NCBI GenBank assembly: GCA_902470835.1 | Contig: CABRHR010000001.1 | Coordinates: forward strand, 1 to 56,179 | DNA from: an uncultured Collinsella sp. | GTDB lineage: Bacteria > Actinomycetota > Coriobacteriia > Coriobacteriales > Coriobacteriaceae | Length of the DNA: 56,179 bases | Direction of reading: 5' to 3' | Position numbers and translations under genes: made by a program | Notes under the pieces: generated by a model | Told to the model about the DNA's origin: nothing | Seen by the model: the letters and a program-made list of their open reading frames with translations, nothing else | The model's database searches: none | Shown: positions 18,824 through 28,124 of the stretch, piece by piece | How the letters are laid out: each line of letters opens with the position of its first letter | Position numbering within the stretch: the stretch's first letter is position 1

Positions 18824-19876
18824 TTACGCCACGGTGTAAACCCAGTTGTGCTTGTCCTCGACAGCACCAGACTGAATACCAGTCAGGGTCTCGCGAAGCT
18901 TCTTCATCACAGGGCCGATCTCGGTGTAGCCAGCCGGGAAGGTCACGGTCTCGTCGGCGCCGTAAACCTTGTTGTCGATCTCGCCAACCGGAGAGATGAC
19001 GGCAGCGGTGCCGCACAGGCCGCACTCGACAAAGGTGCCGGCCTTGACCTCGGCCCACTCGACGGGACGCTGATCGACGGTCATGCCCAGGTCCTGAGCA
19101 ACCTGAACGAGCGAACGACGGGTGATGGAGGGCAGGATGGAGTCGGTGTGCGACTGCGGAACGACGAGCGTGCCATCCTCTTTCACGAACAGGACGTTGG
19201 CGCCACCGGTCTCCTCGACATAGGTGCGGGACTCGGAGTCGAGATACAGGTTCTCGGCATAGCCCTCGCGATGGGCCTCCATCGTGGGCTTGAGGGACAT
19301 GGCGTAGTTCAGGCCGGCCTTGATGTTGCCGGTGCCGTGCGGTGCGGCGCGGTCGTACTCGGAAACGCGCAGCTTGACGGGCTTGAGGCCGCCCTTAAAG
19401 TACGGACCGACCGGGGTCACGAGGATGCGGAACGTGTACTCAGGAGCGGGAGCCACGCCGATCACGTCACCGGAGCCGATCATAAACGGACGCACGTACA
19501 GGGTCGCGCCGGAACCGAAGGGCGGAACCCAGGCGGCGTTGGCAGAGACGACCTGCTTGACGGCCTCAACGAACTTATCCTTGGGGAACGGGGGCATCTC
19601 GAGGCGCTGCGCAGAGTTGTACATACGCTCGGCGTTCATGTCGGGACGGAAGCAGACGATGCTGCCGTCCTCGGCGGTGTAGGCCTTCAGGCCCTCAAAG
19701 ACCTCCTGGCAGTAATGGAAGATGCCGCCGCACTCGGAGACATGCAGGGTGTGATCGGTGGTCAGGCCACCCTCGTCCCACTCGCCGTCCTTCCAATGGG
19801 CCTCGTAGCTGTAATCGGTCTTCATGTAGCCAAAGCCGAGGCTACCCCAATCGATATCCTTCTTCTCGACAGTCAT
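18824..19876 (-). CDS. ilvE: Branched-chain amino acid aminotransferase
   Basis: IDWGSLGFGY, HYCQEVFEGLKAY, LYVRPF, GNIKAGLNY (PLP Lys), ILPSITR, GTAAVISP; RBS AAGGAG. Confidence 0.95.
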   Translation of the reverse strand: MTVEKKDIDWGSLGFGYMKTDYSYEAHWKDGEWDEGGLTTDHTLHVSECGGIFHYCQEVFEGLKAYTAEDGSIVCFRPDMNAERMYNSAQRLEMPPFPKDKFVEAVKQVVSANAAWVPPFGSGATLYVRPFMIGSGDVIGVAPAPEYTFRILVTPVGPYFKGGLKPVKLRVSEYDRAAPHGTGNIKAGLNYAMSLKPTMEAHREGYAENLYLDSESRTYVEETGGANVLFVKEDGTLVVPQSHTDSILPSITRRSLVQVAQDLGMTVDQRPVEWAEVKAGTFVECGLCGTAAVISPVGEIDNKVYGADETVTFPAGYTEIGPVMKKLRETLTGIQSGAVEDKHNWVYTVA

Positions 19877-20165
19877 ATGTCGCTCCTTACATACACAGTT
19901 GCAAACTCGCGAACCCGCACGCAAGGACCGAGGCCGACCGCGTCGCAACGTCGCACGCCCGGAGCGTAGAGCCGGACGGGACACGCGAGCAGCATCAAAG
20001 CCGATGGCACGTCGATTCGCATGCACGAGATTGTACTCCGCACGCGCGTCGGATAAAACGTTTTTCTTTAACTAACTAAAGTATTTTCATTTGACCGAAG
20101 CTGAAGAGGCCAGCCACCGTAAACGGTGACGGGCCTCAACTGCACGGTTTGCGCGCTGGCTCGAG

Positions 20166-20813
20166 CTACGCGTTCTTTTTGCCCAGCTTAGCCTTAACCA
20201 GACCGACCACGGTCGGGATGATCGACACGGCAACGATGCCAACGATTAGCAGCTCAAAGTGCTCCTGCACAAAGGGGATGCCGCCAAAGAAGTAGCCCAG
20301 CAGCGTAAAGACCGTCGACCAGGTAATACCGCCCAACACGTTAAAGATGACAAAGTTGCGCCAGTGCATGCCGCCCATGCCGGCGATAAAGGGCACAAAG
20401 GTGCGGATGAACGGGAAGAAGCGGCCGAGGAAGATGGCCAGGTGGCCCCACTTGTCCAGGAAGTCCTCGGACTTTTTGATGCGCTCGGGCGTCATGGCCT
20501 TCACCTTGCCCGAGGCGATGATCTTGCGGCCAAAGAAGTGGCCGATCATAAAGTTGCACTGATCACCCAAGATGGCCGCGGCCCACGCAGTGGCCAGCAG
20601 GGCCACGATGTTAAAGCCACCGTTGTGGGCGAAGAAGCCCGAGGCAAACAGCAGCGAATCGCCGGGAAGGAACGGGAAGAACACGACACCTGTCTCGATA
20701 AAGATGATCAGGAACACGCAGCCGTAGGCCATAAGCGGGCCGGCGGCGATCCAGCTGGCGATTGCGGTGCGCGGATCCTTAAGCAGCTCGGCGATAAAGT
20801 TGATGAAACCCAT
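20166..20813 (-). CDS. DedA/VTT family membrane protein
   Basis: FIETG..FPFLPGDSLLF, GRFFPFIRTFVPFIAG motifs; RBS GAGAGG. Confidence 0.92.
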   Translation of the reverse strand: MGFINFIAELLKDPRTAIASWIAAGPLMAYGCVFLIIFIETGVVFFPFLPGDSLLFASGFFAHNGGFNIVALLATAWAAAILGDQCNFMIGHFFGRKIIASGKVKAMTPERIKKSEDFLDKWGHLAIFLGRFFPFIRTFVPFIAGMGGMHWRNFVIFNVLGGITWSTVFTLLGYFFGGIPFVQEHFELLIVGIVAVSIIPTVVGLVKAKLGKKNA

Positions 20814-21037
20814 GAAGTAAAACCTCTCAGTTGTGGGCGCGGACACGTCCAAGTTGACCAGTATACGGTTGCAACGCGGGCGCGGGTCAAACCCCTCAAA
20901 AGCCTTACTTCATTACCAGCAAGTGTGCATAACTGACACCTGTCGTGCAAAGCCAAGCAAGATTGCCCTTCCTAATCCCTAGCGAATCGCTATACTTTAT
21001 TGAATCGCATTGTCACGGCGCTAAGGGAGGGCGGCCG

Positions 21038-21748
21038 GTGAGCTTTATCAATACCATTCGCGAGGACATCAAGACCGTCCAAGCGCAGGACCCCGCTGCG
21101 CAAAATGCCCTGGTCATCTTCTTGTCTTATCCCGGCCTGCACGCCAAGTGGAATCACGTGCCCGAGCACTGGCTCTGGGAACACGGCCATCGCTCGCTCG
21201 CCCGCGTGCTCTCGCAGATCACTCGCCATATCACCGGCGTCGAGATTCACCCCGCCGCACAGATCGGCAAGCACTTCTTTATCGACCACGCCATGGGGGT
21301 CGTCATCGGCGAAACCACCATCGTGGGCGACAACTGCGTGCTCTACCAGGGCGTCACGCTCGGCGGCACCGGCAACGAGACCGGCAAGCGCCATCCCACC
21401 CTGGGCAACAACGTCACCGTGGGCACGGGCGCCAAGGTGCTCGGTAATATCCGCATTGGCAACAACGTCAAGATCGGCGGCAACTCGGTCGTCGTCAAGG
21501 ACGTACCCGACAACTGCACCGTCGTGGGCGTGCCGGGACGTATCATCAAGCGCAACGGCTGCCGCGTGTTCGAGGAGAGCTTCGACGCCAAACAGCATCG
21601 CGAGTACATGCCCGACGATGCCGCCGAGCAGAGCGCCCTCAATCGTCAGGGCATCACCGAGAACGCCCGTCGCGTCAAAGAGCTCGAGCAGGAGGTGGCC
21701 GAGCTCAAGGCCCTCGTCGCCAAACTCGTGGACGAGCGCCAGAAGTAG
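21038..21748 (+). CDS. cysE: Serine O-acetyltransferase
   Basis: [42 protein letters not shown] hexapeptide repeats; GTG start after GGGAGG. Confidence 0.93.
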   Translation: MSFINTIREDIKTVQAQDPAAQNALVIFLSYPGLHAKWNHVPEHWLWEHGHRSLARVLSQITRHITGVEIHPAAQIGKHFFIDHAMGVVIGETTIVGDNCVLYQGVTLGGTGNETGKRHPTLGNNVTVGTGAKVLGNIRIGNNVKIGGNSVVVKDVPDNCTVVGVPGRIIKRNGCRVFEESFDAKQHREYMPDDAAEQSALNRQGITENARRVKELEQEVAELKALVAKLVDERQK

Positions 21749-21777
21749 ACGGCCGCGGTCAACATCGACGCCAACGC

Positions 21778-21819
21778 AAAAGGCGCGCCGGGAAATCCAT
21801 CCCCGGCGCGCCTTCTTTT
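21778..21819. terminator. Bidirectional terminator between cysE and ABC operon
   Basis: aaaaggcgcgccggg / cccggcgcgccttctttt. Confidence 0.8.
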
Positions 21820-21852
21820 CGAATGTGACAAAGGGACTGTCTCTTTGTCACC

Positions 21853-23856
21853 TTATGCGAACTGGCTCAAGTAGAGGTCGGCATAGGCGCCTTCTGCTGC
21901 CAGCAGCTCCTTGTGCGTGCCCTGCTCGATGATGTTGCCGTGATCCATGACCAGGATCAGGTCGGCATCCACGATCGTCGACAGGCGATGAGCGATCACA
22001 AAGCTCGTGCGCCCGCGCATGAGCGCGTCCATGGCGCGGCCGATGGCAAGCTCGGTGCGCGTATCCACGCTCGACGTCGCCTCGTCCAAGATGAGGATCG
22101 CGGGGTTGTTGAGCAGCACGCGCGCAATGGTCAGCAGCTGGCGCTGGCCCTGGCTGATGCTTTCGGCGTCGTTAGCCACACGTGTGTCGTAGCCCTGTGG
22201 CATGGTGCGCACAAAGAAGTCGACCTGCGCGGCACGGGCGGCCGCCACAATCTCGTCGCGACTCGCTTCGGGACAGCCGTAGGCGATGTTCTCGGCAATG
22301 GTGCCATCGAACAGCCACGCATCCTGCAGCACCATGCCAAACTGCTGGCGCAGCTCGCCGCGGTCCATGCGGCTCGTGTCCACACCGTCGAGCGTGATGC
22401 GCCCGCCGTCAATCTCGTAAAAGCGCATGAGCAGGTTGATGAGCGTGGTCTTGCCCGCGCCCGTGGTTCCCACCACGGCGATCTTCTGACCCGGCTCAGC
22501 GGTAAACGAAACGTCGCGCATAAGCGGCTTGTCGGGCGTATAGCCAAAGCGCACATGCTCAAAGCTAACGCGGCCCTCCACGCGACCCGGCAGCTTGGCG
22601 GCGTCGCCCGGTAGCGGATCGGCTTCCATCTCGGGCTCATCGAGCAGGTCGAACACGCGCTCCGCACTCGCCAGCGCGCTCTGCAGCGAGTTGAAAGTGA
22701 ACGACAGCTGCGTCATGGGTTCGGACGCCTCGTAGATAAACTGGAAGAACGCCTGGAACACGCCGACGGTCATGTGACCGGCAACCAGCATGCTGCAGCC
22801 CACCAGCGCGATCACAATCTGCGCCAAACGGCCGATAAAGCGCACCGCAGGGCCGACGGCATTGATCATAAAGTCGGCCTTGGTACTCACGCGCGCTAGC
22901 TCCCTCGAGGCCTCATGCACTTCGGCAGAACTCTGACGCTCGCGGTTGAATGCGCGAATCACCAAACGGCCCGAATAGCCTTCCTCGACCGCGCTCGTGA
23001 TTTTGGACACCCACTCCTGACGCTCGCCGGTCACGGCATGCGTGCGGGCCGAGACCACCTTGGTCACCAGCAGCGACACAGCCGTAAAGCCCAAAAAGAC
23101 CAGTGTGAGCTGAACGCTATACACGAACATCATGATTATGGCGCCCGACACGGTGCCGATCGACACCAGCAGCTGCAGCAGTCCGCGCTGCATGCTCTCG
23201 GACATCTTGTCCAAGTCGTTGGTCGCGCGGCTGACCACCTCGCCGGGACGATGCGCATCAAAGTAGGCGAGCGGCAGGCGGCTGAGCTTTTGTGCGATGC
23301 GGTTACGCAGACGTAGGTTGAGGCGCTCGGCGACGCTCGACATCAAAAAGCTCTGCAGCGCATAGAACGAACCGGCGGCGGTCCAGATCATAAAGTAGAC
23401 GAAGATGGTCCTACCGCAGTTCTCCCAAGTAATGCTGAAGGTGGTGTTGTTGGCAAACGCCACCTGCATGCGCTCCCATAGTTCGTCGATGACAAGAGCG
23501 CTGTACGCCGGCGCAGCAGTGTTAAAGATGACGTAGAACACGATGCTCACGAACACGATATAGAAGCGCCAATGATCTCCGGCGGCCTCGTTCCACAGAC
23601 GGCGCACCGTCGCCCAGGTATCGCGGGGCGTCTCGTCCTCGTCTTCGTCGTCCACGTCGCGCATGCGCTCCGCCTCGGCGCGGGCGCGCTCGTCCTCGGC
23701 GCGCTCATTTTCCTCGTAGAGCGCCTGGCGACGGGCCTCGCGCTCGGCCGCGGCCTTGGCGGCAGCGTCAAGCTCGGACGCGGCCGCCGCCTCCTCGACT
23801 GCCCCTGCAACAGCGGCGTCATCAACGCCGCCCTGTTTCTTAAGCTCCTCAGTCAT
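21853..23856 (-). CDS. ABC exporter, fused permease/ATPase, subunit 2 of heterodimer
   Basis: TM domain; GTTGAGKT, ISQGQRQ, ILILDEATS, IAHRLST; RBS GGAGGTG. Confidence 0.93.
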   Translation of the reverse strand: MTEELKKQGGVDDAAVAGAVEEAAAASELDAAAKAAAEREARRQALYEENERAEDERARAEAERMRDVDDEDEDETPRDTWATVRRLWNEAAGDHWRFYIVFVSIVFYVIFNTAAPAYSALVIDELWERMQVAFANNTTFSITWENCGRTIFVYFMIWTAAGSFYALQSFLMSSVAERLNLRLRNRIAQKLSRLPLAYFDAHRPGEVVSRATNDLDKMSESMQRGLLQLLVSIGTVSGAIIMMFVYSVQLTLVFLGFTAVSLLVTKVVSARTHAVTGERQEWVSKITSAVEEGYSGRLVIRAFNRERQSSAEVHEASRELARVSTKADFMINAVGPAVRFIGRLAQIVIALVGCSMLVAGHMTVGVFQAFFQFIYEASEPMTQLSFTFNSLQSALASAERVFDLLDEPEMEADPLPGDAAKLPGRVEGRVSFEHVRFGYTPDKPLMRDVSFTAEPGQKIAVVGTTGAGKTTLINLLMRFYEIDGGRITLDGVDTSRMDRGELRQQFGMVLQDAWLFDGTIAENIAYGCPEASRDEIVAAARAAQVDFFVRTMPQGYDTRVANDAESISQGQRQLLTIARVLLNNPAILILDEATSSVDTRTELAIGRAMDALMRGRTSFVIAHRLSTIVDADLILVMDHGNIIEQGTHKELLAAEGAYADLYLSQFA

Positions 23857-23857
23857 G

Positions 23858-25594
23858 CTACTCACCTCCCTTCATCTGCGACTCCGCGATGGCGCGGTAC
23901 ACCTCGCAGGTCTTCATAAGCTCGCCGTGCGTACCCAGGCCCACGACCTCGCCGTCCTTGAGCACCACGATCTGATCGGCATGCAAAATCGTCGAGATGC
24001 GCTGGGCGATGATGAGCACCGCGGCATCGCGCGTCTCGTCCTGCAGCGCATGACGCAGGGCTGCATCGGTCTTAAAGTCCAAGGCCGAAAAACTGTCGTC
24101 GAAGATATACAGGTCGGCGCGCTTCATGAGCGCGCGGGCAATCGCCAGGCGCTGGCGCTGACCGCCCGAGAAGTTCGTGCCGCCCTGCGCCACCGGGGTA
24201 TCGAGCCCCTGCGGCTGTTCGAGCACAAACGTGCTCTGGGCAACTTGCAGCGCGTGGAGCATATCCGCCTCGGTTGCGTCCTCGTTGCCAAAGCGCAGAT
24301 TGCTCGCCACGGTGCCCGAAAACAGCCACGCCTTCTGCGGCACATAGGCGATGCGCCCGCGGATCTCGTCTTGCGAAAGCTCGCGTAAATCGACACCGTC
24401 CAGGCGAATAGCACCCTTCGTGGCATCGTGGAAGCGCAGCAGCAGCTTTGCCACCGTCGATTTGCCCGAGCCCGTCGAACCCACAATCGCCGTGGTCTGC
24501 CCGCGGCGGCAGGCAAAGTTCAGATCGCACAGCGTGTCCTCGTCGGCATCGTCAAAACGGAACGACATATGGTCGAACACGGCGACCACGTCCGCTCCAT
24601 CCTCGGACTCTAGCGCGCCATCGTCCAATGTGCGCTCGCCGTCCACGATGCTCGGCTCAATCTCCAGCACCTGCTGCGCGCGGTTCAAACACGCTGCGGC
24701 ACGCGGCAGCGTCAGCACCACCATCTGGGCCATCATCACAAAGAACAGAATCAGAAGTGCATACTCCAGCACCGCCGAAATACTCGCGATCTGCATGGCG
24801 TGGGCGCCCACGCGGTTGCCGCCAACCCACAGCACCGCCACCTCGGCGATGTTCATCAAAAAGAAGCTGGAGCTGTCGAGACCCACAAACAGGTGGTTGA
24901 CCTTGATGGCGTTGGCCGCGTAATCGCTAAACACCTCGTCCAGGCGCTGCTCCTCGTGACGCTCCTTATTGAACGCGCGGATGACACGCACGCCCACGAT
25001 GTTCTCGCGCAGCACCACGTTCATGCGATCGATAAAGCTCTGCAAGCGCATAAAAATCGGTGCCGCATTGGCAACTGTAAAGACCGCCGCCACCAGCACG
25101 ATCGCGACCACCACGCCCAAAAGCGTGCCCATGGCAGGGTCGATAAACCAGGCAAAGACGATGCCCGCCACGGCCAAAAACGGCACGGGCAGTACCAGCT
25201 GAATCGTCTGCAGAATCGCCTGCTGGATCACGTTGATGTCGTTGAGCGAGCGCGTGATCATCGAGCCCGTGCCAAAGCGCTCAAAGTCGCTAGCGCTCAG
25301 CTCGAGCGACTTATCGTACACGGCATTGCGGATGTCGCAGGCCACGTTGGCCGCCAGGCGCGCCGAAAGGTAGCAGCCCAGCACCGCGCCGCCGCTGGCC
25401 ATGCCGGTCGCGATAAGCATGTAGAAGCCATTGCGCAAAATGTAGTCGACATCGCCCGTGGTAATGCCGGTGTTAACCATGTTCGCCAGCATCGTGGGCA
25501 CCAGCAGGGTGCCGATGTTGTCTATCAGCAACACCAGCAGCGTCACCGCGACAAGCCTACGGTACGGCTTCATAAACCTCATTAAGAGTCGCAC
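23858..25594 (-). CDS. ABC exporter, fused permease/ATPase, subunit 1 (degenerate site)
   Basis: GSTGSGKS, FSGGQRQ, YIFDDSFSALD and IIAQRIST typical of heterodimeric multidrug exporters. Confidence 0.93.
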   Translation of the reverse strand: MRLLMRFMKPYRRLVAVTLLVLLIDNIGTLLVPTMLANMVNTGITTGDVDYILRNGFYMLIATGMASGGAVLGCYLSARLAANVACDIRNAVYDKSLELSASDFERFGTGSMITRSLNDINVIQQAILQTIQLVLPVPFLAVAGIVFAWFIDPAMGTLLGVVVAIVLVAAVFTVANAAPIFMRLQSFIDRMNVVLRENIVGVRVIRAFNKERHEEQRLDEVFSDYAANAIKVNHLFVGLDSSSFFLMNIAEVAVLWVGGNRVGAHAMQIASISAVLEYALLILFFVMMAQMVVLTLPRAAACLNRAQQVLEIEPSIVDGERTLDDGALESEDGADVVAVFDHMSFRFDDADEDTLCDLNFACRRGQTTAIVGSTGSGKSTVAKLLLRFHDATKGAIRLDGVDLRELSQDEIRGRIAYVPQKAWLFSGTVASNLRFGNEDATEADMLHALQVAQSTFVLEQPQGLDTPVAQGGTNFSGGQRQRLAIARALMKRADLYIFDDSFSALDFKTDAALRHALQDETRDAAVLIIAQRISTILHADQIVVLKDGEVVGLGTHGELMKTCEVYRAIAESQMKGGE

Positions 25595-26082
25595 GACTCC
25601 CCCTCACGTTGATCCTCTGCCTGGCCTGCGTCTGCCACCTGTTGTTTGAATACGTCGCACTCGTCGCCGAGCGCCTGGGAAAACTTGCCGATTAAGCGCA
25701 TAATCTCGCGCTGTTCCCAGGGCTCGAGCGTCTCGAAAGCACGCTGCTCGGCCCCTTGCGCCGGCAGCGCATACTGCTCGGCAAACCGCATGCCTTCCTC
25801 GGTCAGGCGCACAACCTTGTTCTTGCGGCTGCCTTCGGCAAACTCCAATGTTGCGAACCCCCGCGCCGTCAAGGTTTTAATTGCCGAGTTAATGGTCTGC
25901 TTGCTGTAGAACCATTCGCTCGTCAGGCGGCTTACGGCAATGCTGCCGCCCGCCGTTCCGGTATCGACGAGCATCCAATAGGCGCAGTCCGAAAGACCGC
26001 AAGCACGCGAGAACTCCGAATAGATATGGTCGAGTCCGTTGAGCGTCCGGTCGAAGTCGACCAGCGTAACCGCACTATTCAT
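25582..26082 (-). CDS. MarR family transcriptional regulator
   Basis: GLSDCAYW..SKQTINSAIKTL..SRKNKVVRLTEEG winged helix; first gene of ABC operon. Confidence 0.88.
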   Translation of the reverse strand: MNSAVTLVDFDRTLNGLDHIYSEFSRACGLSDCAYWMLVDTGTAGGSIAVSRLTSEWFYSKQTINSAIKTLTARGFATLEFAEGSRKNKVVRLTEEGMRFAEQYALPAQGAEQRAFETLEPWEQREIMRLIGKFSQALGDECDVFKQQVADAGQAEDQREGESCDS

Positions 26083-26100
26083 CTATCCCACCATTCGATT

Positions 26101-26158
26101 GTCCGAGTTTTGACCAATTTAGTGTCTCTAGATTAGTCCGAGTTTTGACTATCGTCAA
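26101..26158 (-). promoter_or_regulatory. marR-ABC promoter with two candidate operators
   Basis: Minus strand TTGACG (26158-26153), 17 bp, TAATCT (26135-26130); direct repeat gtccgagttttgac at 26101 and 26136. Confidence 0.7.
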
Positions 26159-26200
26159 CAGGCGTGCCGAAAATGGATGCGCCTTTATGACCTATCGCTA

Positions 26201-26237
26201 GAAAAAGACCGCCGGCGCGGGGGCAGCGCCGGCGGTC
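26201..26237 (-). terminator. Terminator of the 96-aa gene
   Basis: gaccgccggcgc / gcgccggcggtc stem with A-run on + strand. Confidence 0.75.
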
Positions 26238-26263
26238 ACGCGAAAATCTTGTTGTGTTGCCTG

Positions 26264-26554
26264 CTAGGCGGCGACGGCCTCGTAGACCGTGGCGCCCGAG
26301 AAGCTATCGTGCAGGCTCTTGCCGCAGATCCAAGGCAGCTCGACGACCTCGCAGACCGTGTTGACCAGCTCGGAGCAGTCAGTAAAGTGGCCCTTATCGT
26401 TGAGGGCCTCGCAATCCTGAACACGCCAATAGCCATCGGTGTGCGTGATGTAATACTCGTGATCTTCGATCGTCACAAAAGCGCGCGTCTTGGAACGCAG
26501 CAGCTTCAGAAATCCTTCGAAGTCGGTCTCGACGACATCTCCAGCCTGGAACAT
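26264..26554 (-). CDS. Small hypothetical protein (96 aa)
   Basis: Strong RBS AGGAGG, high-GC3 codon usage, own terminator. Confidence 0.8.
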   Translation of the reverse strand: MFQAGDVVETDFEGFLKLLRSKTRAFVTIEDHEYYITHTDGYWRVQDCEALNDKGHFTDCSELVNTVCEVVELPWICGKSLHDSFSGATVYEAVAA

Positions 26555-26845
26555 GATGTTACCTCCTGGCCCGGCGCCACCATGGCGCGTTGATAAACGT
26601 TGGTACCCCTTTAGTAAAACCTTTATCAGAGGTTATGCGTCCATCATTTAGGCAAGTGGTAAAAAACCGCAGGGTAGACGGGATAAAACGTTTGACCAGC
26701 TCACCCGCTTCTCACATTTTGCTTGCGATTTTATGCAAACCTACTTTTCCAATTGGTAGTTAGCGTTATTTGAGGTTTCGCGCGCGATTACAGTTTTAGC
26801 TCGACGGGTAAGAACGAGGCATCGAAACCAACGTCAGGAGGACCC

Positions 26846-27367
26846 ATGGAGACCATCGAAGCGCTCATCCATCGCCGCAGCTGCCGCAAATACAGCGATC
26901 GTCCCGTCGAGGCCGAAAAGCTCGCACGTATTATCGAGGCTGGCCAGTATGCACCGAGCGGCATGGACCGCCAGCCGGTGACCTTTGTCGCCGTTACCGA
27001 TCCCGCAACCGTCGAGCGCCTCTCACAGCTCAACGCCCAGGTTATGGGCAGCGATGGCGACCCCTTCTACGGCGCCAAGACCGTTGTGGTGGTGCTCGTC
27101 GACCGCAACGTGCCCACGCATCTGGAAGACGGATCGCTCGCCATGGGAAACCTGCTTAACGCCGCCTATGCGCTGGGCGTCGATTCGTGCTGGATCCACC
27201 GCGCACACGAGGTCTTTGACTCGCCCGAAGGCCTGGAACTGCTAGCCAACTGGGGCCTGCCAGCGGATGGCAGCCTGCGCGGTGTCGGTAATTGCATCCT
27301 AGGCTACGCCGAGGACACGCTCCCCGAAGCAAAACCGCGTCGCGACAACGTAGTGTACATCAGGTAG
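26846..27367 (+). CDS. Nitroreductase family protein
   Basis: RRSCRKYS, APSGMDRQP, AAYALGVDSCWI, ILGY; RBS AGGAGG. Confidence 0.93.
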   Translation: METIEALIHRRSCRKYSDRPVEAEKLARIIEAGQYAPSGMDRQPVTFVAVTDPATVERLSQLNAQVMGSDGDPFYGAKTVVVVLVDRNVPTHLEDGSLAMGNLLNAAYALGVDSCWIHRAHEVFDSPEGLELLANWGLPADGSLRGVGNCILGYAEDTLPEAKPRRDNVVYIR

Positions 27368-27398
27368 CTCAGGAACGTCCCCTTCTGCGGCCCTATTC

Positions 27399-27465
27399 AG
27401 TTGCGGTGAAATACGGACTGTTTTGGCTCTATATGAGCCCATTTAGTTCGTATTCCACCGCAACT
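27399..27465. terminator. Long hairpin between convergent genes
   Basis: agttgcggtg-aatacg / cgtatt-caccgcaact with inner ggctc/gagcc. Confidence 0.55.
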
Positions 27466-27470
27466 TATCT

Positions 27471-28040
27471 TTATGTCTGGTTCGATGCGGCTTCGTTCTC
27501 CTGAGTCGCTTCGGCATCGTCGCCATGTTCGTCCTCGTCCTTTTGCGCATCGGCGATGGTGGAGGCCGCCGCAACGATGCCGCGCTGGGGTGCGACGCCC
27601 GTCTGGGTCTGAGCGCCCTCGACAACCTCTGTGCCTGCATGCGCGAGCTCGGGCGATTTAAACACTGCGTCCAAGTTGGCGCCGCCACCGGCGTAGCCGA
27701 GCGCAGCGAGCGCGATGACGATCACCGCAACGACGGCCACGATCGGCACATAGCGATGCCAACCAGCCGGGTTGAGCCCGCTGCGGCGAGCCGCCCCGCG
27801 ACTGATGTAACCAAGCGTGCCGTCGTGCTTGAGCTTTGAGCCCACCACGCGTTTGCGGCCCAACAGCGAGGACTCTGCCTGCATTGCCAAGCGGGCGCTT
27901 GCCGAAGGATAGCCGTATTTAGTGCGCTTGAACGAGCCATCAAACCCCGAGGCGTGTTTGCCCCACGTCACCGATGTCGTGCGTCGGTTAACCGGCGCGG
28001 CGCTCCGCCTTCTGCGGCTCGGTTTTGAAGTCTCAGCCAT
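27471..28040 (-). CDS. Hypothetical single-pass membrane protein (basic N-terminus, acidic C-terminus)
   Basis: ATG 28040 after GAGGG; one hydrophobic stretch VPIVAVVAVIVIALAALGY. Confidence 0.7.
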   Translation of the reverse strand: MAETSKPSRRRRSAAPVNRRTTSVTWGKHASGFDGSFKRTKYGYPSASARLAMQAESSLLGRKRVVGSKLKHDGTLGYISRGAARRSGLNPAGWHRYVPIVAVVAVIVIALAALGYAGGGANLDAVFKSPELAHAGTEVVEGAQTQTGVAPQRGIVAAASTIADAQKDEDEHGDDAEATQENEAASNQT

Positions 28041-28124
28041 ATGCCCTCGCACGCCGTAACCAAATCGAAACAATAACGCTTTGGACTGTAGCACACGCGT
28101 CGCGCGCGGTCACGGGCGCCTCGC

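Noticed and set aside
20820..21037. T-box or riboswitch upstream of cysE
   Set aside because: No T-box motif or terminator found; short divergent promoter region
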